A stretch of DNA of 64,000 nt, taken from an uncultured Nitrospiraceae bacterium. GTDB lineage: Bacteria; Nitrospirota; Thermodesulfovibrionia; Thermodesulfovibrionales; UBA6898. Both the position numbers and the translations under genes were made by a program. This document shows, piece by piece, positions 59,835-64,000 of this stretch; position 1 is the first letter of the stretch, and every line of letters starts with the position of its first letter. Location: the NCBI GenBank assembly GCA_963811165.1, contig CAWEQH010000010.1, positions 160,001 through 224,000 of the forward strand. Direction: 5' to 3'. The notes beneath the pieces are model-generated. The model saw only the letters and a program-made list of their open reading frames with translations, was not told the DNA's origin and did no database searches.

Positions 59835-59905
59835 ATGGTTTGCGCAAAACTTTTCTTTACCTGAAGATCAGTATTCCTGATTGAGACTGAGCAGGTGTCA
59901 TAAAT

Positions 59906-60499
59906 ATGGTTCAGAATATAATTCGGGAGAATTTCAAAAAACACTACGCTCGGGCCTTCCTGGATCTGCGGGCTTCCGGAAATGCGATGTTGGCTGCGGT
60001 CATTATCTTCCTTGCGGGCATTTTGATCGGACTACACAGCCCTTCCTGGGGCGATGACCTTATTTCCGCGCTGAAAGGGATGGCGCGTCATATTTCGGGG
60101 AAGGGTACGCCTCTTATAATAATTGCGATTTTTTTCAGAAACAGTCTTTCGGCCGCGATTTCGGTCATATCGGGCCCGCTGCTTGGAATAATGCCTGCGT
60201 TGGGCGCTGTTACGAATGGTCTCTTACTCGGGGCCGTCTTCTCGCATCTCACCGTAGCTGAGAGAATAAATGCAATGTTGCTATTGGTCCCTCACGGGAT
60301 TTTCGAATTGCCGGCGATAGCTGTGGCGTGGGGTCTCGGTATTTGGCAGGGCATATGGTATTTCGAAAGAGGCCCTAAAGAGACGTTTCGTGAGAGAAGG
60401 AGAAAGGCCTTTCATATCTTCTTTATCGTCATCCTGCCTCTTCTGCTCGTTGCGGCAACCATAGAAGGGATAAGCATCGCTATCTTGAAGACCCGATAG
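59906..60499 (+). CDS. SpoIIM/DUF95 family membrane protein
   Basis: IFFRN, NG.LLG, PHGIFELPA, AA.IE. Confidence 0.85.
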   Translation: MVQNIIRENFKKHYARAFLDLRASGNAMLAAVIIFLAGILIGLHSPSWGDDLISALKGMARHISGKGTPLIIIAIFFRNSLSAAISVISGPLLGIMPALGAVTNGLLLGAVFSHLTVAERINAMLLLVPHGIFELPAIAVAWGLGIWQGIWYFERGPKETFRERRRKAFHIFFIVILPLLLVAATIEGISIAILKTR

Positions 60500-60519
60500 A
60501 GGGAAATTTGGATAAGGAG

Positions 60520-60550
60520 ATGCAAGGGAGTGCCGGGCACTCCCTTGCAT
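60520..60550. terminator. Perfect hairpin between convergent genes (possible bidirectional terminator)
   Basis: ATGCAAGGGAGTGCC-G-GGCACTCCCTTGCAT. No clear U-tract. Confidence 0.55.
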
Positions 60551-60557
60551 GAATGAG

Positions 60558-61832
60558 TTAGAACCTCCAGGTAAGGCCGAATTCGATACTATCTTCGCTG
60601 AGGGTCGATGAAAGGGTAGTGGGAGCCGGAGAAGTTGGTGTTGTCCCGCTTTCAGTGATCGTCTCTTTGAAGGCATGGGTGTAGCCCGCATTGAGGGCGA
60701 ACTTGCTGGAGATCTCATACCCGATTCCGAAGGAGACGTGCTGTTTCGCCAGCGCCGGGAACCCTATGATCCTGAATGTTTCATAATAGTAAGTGGGGAA
60801 GGGTATGCCCTGAACACTAGTGATGGGCGGGGTAGCCGTCCCGTTGAAGCCGACAAAGTTGTCATGCTCTTTTACAGGGTTATTTGCATAATTGTACCCA
60901 ACGCGAAGGGCCAGTTGTTTGGTCGGCTTGTATTGCACGCCGAGGGCCAGGACCCACTGGTCTTTCCAGTCAAAATCGTTGTATCCCGTCGCGCTTGACC
61001 AGTTGATCCAGTTTCCGTCGACTTCGATCAGAAGGGTGTTTTTTATCGGTTCGACCGCAATACCGAGGCCAAAGTGCTGAGGGGCTTCGAGTTTCAGGTC
61101 GAACTGTCCCAAGGGGGCAAAGTTTATTACATTCTTATGATCGACCTCCTGAGGCGTTACATAGGTCACGCCCAGTGTGACCTGGTCTGATGCCTTCAAT
61201 ATCGCGCCCAGCTGAGCGCCGATGCCGTAATTAAAAGAAGACCCGTTTCTCAAATCGAGATTTGCATAGTCGATATGAACACCTAAACCCAGGGACAGGT
61301 TATTGTTGACCTGATACGAGATCGAGGGTGAAAATTTCATGATCTGCAGTTGGGTGTATGCTCCTTGTACCAAAGGAAACGTCCCGCCGCTGCCGGGTAA
61401 AGGGGTATTATCAAGGGCGGTGTTTCTATAGTCTACACCTAGACCCGATACGCCATAGGCAGAAAGGCCGAACCTCCAATTGTTGGCAATAGGCACCGAC
61501 AGGCCTATCGCGGGGATTGCGTAGACCTTCTTGTCACTGCTTGCACTGATGACGCTGCCGTCGGAGGCGGTTATTGTGGCGTCCACCTTGGGCATAAAAA
61601 GCGTGCCGCCGAAGTTTACCTCTGTCCCGGGACAATATGGTCCGAAACACATCGCGGCCGGGTTTGCGAAGACCGCGCTGATGGCGTCCTGAGGCGCCGC
61701 GATTCCCACGCCGCCCATCGAACGGGCAATAGGACCGATGGCCATGAGATTATCGCCGTTTGTGGCCGATGCAAAACCTGAGAAAACAAGGACGAAAAAT
61801 ACTGTAATAAACAGAGAGAAATATCTTTTCAT
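60558..61832 (-). CDS. OmpP1/FadL/TodX family outer-membrane transporter
   Basis: Signal peptide, ATNG...MGG...A.....NPA hatch motif, amphipathic strands, terminal Phe. Confidence 0.88.
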   Translation of the reverse strand: MKRYFSLFITVFFVLVFSGFASATNGDNLMAIGPIARSMGGVGIAAPQDAISAVFANPAAMCFGPYCPGTEVNFGGTLFMPKVDATITASDGSVISASSDKKVYAIPAIGLSVPIANNWRFGLSAYGVSGLGVDYRNTALDNTPLPGSGGTFPLVQGAYTQLQIMKFSPSISYQVNNNLSLGLGVHIDYANLDLRNGSSFNYGIGAQLGAILKASDQVTLGVTYVTPQEVDHKNVINFAPLGQFDLKLEAPQHFGLGIAVEPIKNTLLIEVDGNWINWSSATGYNDFDWKDQWVLALGVQYKPTKQLALRVGYNYANNPVKEHDNFVGFNGTATPPITSVQGIPFPTYYYETFRIIGFPALAKQHVSFGIGYEISSKFALNAGYTHAFKETITESGTTPTSPAPTTLSSTLSEDSIEFGLTWRF

Positions 61833-62035
61833 GCAGAATCCTCCTTCTTAGTATTTGATAACACAATATTTAAAACAGAAATGTAACGATCACCTCCTTC
61901 TGTTTGATGATATTGTCTTGGCGCAGCCGGCCGCGACAATCGGCTACCTTAGAAAGGATATAGTATCGTTTATGCGCCGTCAAGTGAGTATCTACAGTTA
62001 TTAAGAAGATTAGAAATCATAAAGTGAGGAAACTC

Positions 62036-62521
62036 TCATATGAACAAGCTTATGTTTGCATCGAGTGCAAAGTCCAGGAACTCTGCCGCCCCTGCGACGA
62101 CCGCTCCGTCGACGAGGTCCTCTTTCTTGACTCCGGTCATCTCGAGCGTCGGGGTGCAGACGATAAGCTTCACATCCATCTCCTTACAGGCATCGACGAG
62201 TTCGGGTATAGAGGGCCAGTTGATCTTTTTGATCATCCCGCCCATCATCATCGTTGCCAGCGAGGTCATCCCCGGGAGCATCCCCAGTATGTTGGGAAAT
62301 GGTATCGGGGAAGGCATGGCCGGATTGCCTATGGGCGATACCTGTAACGACCTGTATTTTTTTTTGTTTACGATATCGACGCCGTAGAGCGTGAAGAATA
62401 TCTGGACCTCCACGTCCATGGCAGCCGCCGTCGAAGCAAGAATAAGCGGCGGATAGGCCATATCAAGCGTTCCTTTGCTGGCGATGATCGCCATCTTCTT
62501 TTTCGTGTTTGTCTCGGGCAT
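62036..62521 (-). CDS. DsrE2-like (DsrE/DsrF/DrsH family) sulfur-relay protein
   Basis: SKGTLDMAYPPLILASTAAAM, FFTLYG, conserved Cys in IVCTPT, AGAAEFL. Confidence 0.85.
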   Translation of the reverse strand: MPETNTKKKMAIIASKGTLDMAYPPLILASTAAAMDVEVQIFFTLYGVDIVNKKKYRSLQVSPIGNPAMPSPIPFPNILGMLPGMTSLATMMMGGMIKKINWPSIPELVDACKEMDVKLIVCTPTLEMTGVKKEDLVDGAVVAGAAEFLDFALDANISLFI

Positions 62522-62697
62522 TGTGGACCTCCTGGATATTAGCAAGTTTAGCAATAATAGAACTTACGAACAATATACATATGGGCTGTTTTTTTGTCAA
62601 TAGTCCGCGCGGACTTTGAGGGAGGCCGGCAGGGGAATTTTTTCCTTTTTTTGTGTTATGGTATACGTATAAAAAAACAAACTGAAGGAGTGATTTG

Positions 62698-63156
62698 ATG
62701 AAAGTGTTTCTCAAGGAAGACGTTAAGAATCTCGGAAAAATAGGCGATGTGGTGAACGTCGCGGAGGGGTACGCAAGAAATTTTCTTTTGCCCAAGAAGG
62801 TCGCGGTGGAAGCCAACCCCAAGAACCTCAAAGAGTTCGAACACAACAAGAGGATCATCCAGGAAAGGGCGGCCAAGATCAAGGATGCGTCAAAGGCCAC
62901 GGCCGACAAGTTATCTGCCCTGACGTTGACGATAAGGGCGAAGGCCGGCGAGGAAGATAGGCTCTTCGGTTCGGTTACGACGATGGATATCGCAGAGGCG
63001 TTTAAGGCCGAGGGATTTGAGGTCGACAAGAAAAAGATCCTGCTCGGAGAACCGATAAAGAGACTGGGAGAGTATACGGTAGAAGTGAAAATCCACTCTG
63101 AGGTGAATGCAACGGTAAAAGTGCAGGTCATATCGGACGCACCCGACTCTCCTTAG
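62698..63156 (+). CDS. rplI: 50S ribosomal protein L9
   Basis: MKV.L.EDV.NLG..GD.V.V..GYARNFLLP, LFGSVT. Confidence 0.98.
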   Translation: MKVFLKEDVKNLGKIGDVVNVAEGYARNFLLPKKVAVEANPKNLKEFEHNKRIIQERAAKIKDASKATADKLSALTLTIRAKAGEEDRLFGSVTTMDIAEAFKAEGFEVDKKKILLGEPIKRLGEYTVEVKIHSEVNATVKVQVISDAPDSP

Positions 63157-63165
63157 CGATAACGC

Positions 63166-64000
63166 ATGAAAGAAATCGACTCAACCCTCGATAAACTTCC
63201 TCCTCAGAATGTCGAGGCTGAACAGTCTGTCCTGGGCGCCATTTTACTTGACAACAGCGCCCTGACGACGACTCTCGAACTGCTCGACTATGACGATTTC
63301 TATAAGGATTCTCACCGGAGGATCTTTTTGTCGATGACCGACCTGTTCGACAAGAACGAGCCTATCGACATAATCACCCTGACTGACAACCTCAAGAGAA
63401 GAAACGATCTTGATGCCATAGGAGGGACCGGCTACCTCACGGCCCTCGTTTCGTTGGTGCCGACGTCCGCCAACATCCGCTACCACTCCAAGATAGTCCG
63501 TGAAAAGGCCATGATGAGAGGTCTCCTTCGCTCGGTCACCGAGATAGCCAGTAACGTATATGACGGGGAACTTGACGTCGAAGAGCTTATGGACTTTGCC
63601 GAAAAAACGGTCTTTGAACTTTCGGAAAAGAGGATAAAGGCGTCTTTTATTACGCTCAAAGAGGTCATCAAGGACAGCTTCCAGATGATAGAACAGCTCT
63701 ATGACCGGAAGGAAACGATTACCGGGGTCCCGTCGGGTTTCAAGGAACTCGATGAACTGACGACCGGTTTTCAACGGAGCGACCTTATCATCGTCGGCGG
63801 GAGGCCCTCTATGGGTAAGACGGCCTTCAGTCTAAACATTGCGCAGCATGTCGGCGTAAATATGAAAGAGCCTGTGGCGATATTCAGCCTCGAAATGTCG
63901 AAGGAACAGCTGGCCTTCAGGATGCTCTGTTCCGAGGCCATGGTCGATTCAAACAGCATCAGAAAGGGTTTTATAAAAAAGGACGATTGGCATAACCTTA
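63166..64000 (+). CDS. dnaB: Replicative DNA helicase (5' part, runs off the window)
   Basis: Manual translation: LPPQNVEAEQSVLGAILLD...TGVPSGF.ELDELTTGFQRSDLIIVGGRPSMGKT...FSLEMS. Confidence 0.97.
   Translation, partial: MKEIDSTLDKLPPQNVEAEQSVLGAILLDNSALTTTLELLDYDDFYKDSHRRIFLSMTDLFDKNEPIDIITLTDNLKRRNDLDAIGGTGYLTALVSLVPTSANIRYHSKIVREKAMMRGLLRSVTEIASNVYDGELDVEELMDFAEKTVFELSEKRIKASFITLKEVIKDSFQMIEQLYDRKETITGVPSGFKELDELTTGFQRSDLIIVGGRPSMGKTAFSLNIAQHVGVNMKEPVAIFSLEMSKEQLAFRMLCSEAMVDSNSIRKGFIKKDDWHNL

Noticed and set aside
61888..61900. 16S rRNA 3' end (GATCACCTCCTT)
   Set aside because: Only 12 nt match and there is no surrounding rRNA sequence. It is better read as an SD-like motif on the minus strand.
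1..64000. CRISPR array, tRNA or rRNA genes
   Set aside because: No regularly spaced direct repeats, cloverleaf or rRNA signatures were seen by eye.

Overview
A 64-kb bacterial chromosomal window, gene-dense and mostly housekeeping. The protein sequences and gene mix (hypFDE, archaeal-type thyA, many PAS hybrid kinases, DsrE2) suggest an anaerobic Gram-negative organism, plausibly Nitrospirota/Thermodesulfovibrionia or Desulfobacterota; this is inference only. Contents in order: sensor kinases, zwf with a desaturase and TIGR04283/TIGR04282-type glycosyltransferases, rluD, a frameshifted flavoprotein, a beta-propeller/CxxCH plus ABC cluster, folK, dapL, livHMGF, an IS110-family element, VKOR-thioredoxin, der, hypFDE, pdxJ-acpS-nnr-pgeF, ileS, a TA/RAYT-remnant patch, thyA, hemW, mazG, dinB, galU, lon, thiL, rimO, a FadL-like porin, dsrE2, rplI and the start of dnaB. 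No rRNA, tRNA or CRISPR array was seen. Three signals stand out. (1) A complete IS1111-type IS110 element inserted into a REP palindrome. Its 3' non-coding region folds into a two-loop bridge/seekRNA-like structure whose loop strands match the reconstructed target and the donor junction. (2) A dispersed intergenic element of about 130-160 bp in 3 clear and 2 degenerate copies. Its stems differ in sequence between copies but still pair, while three junction motifs (GAGCGG, CCYCGGAGG, AATGAGCGA) are conserved; I cannot assign it to any family I know. (3) Many transcription units whose -10 box lies only 5-8 nt before the start codon, implying widespread leaderless mRNAs.
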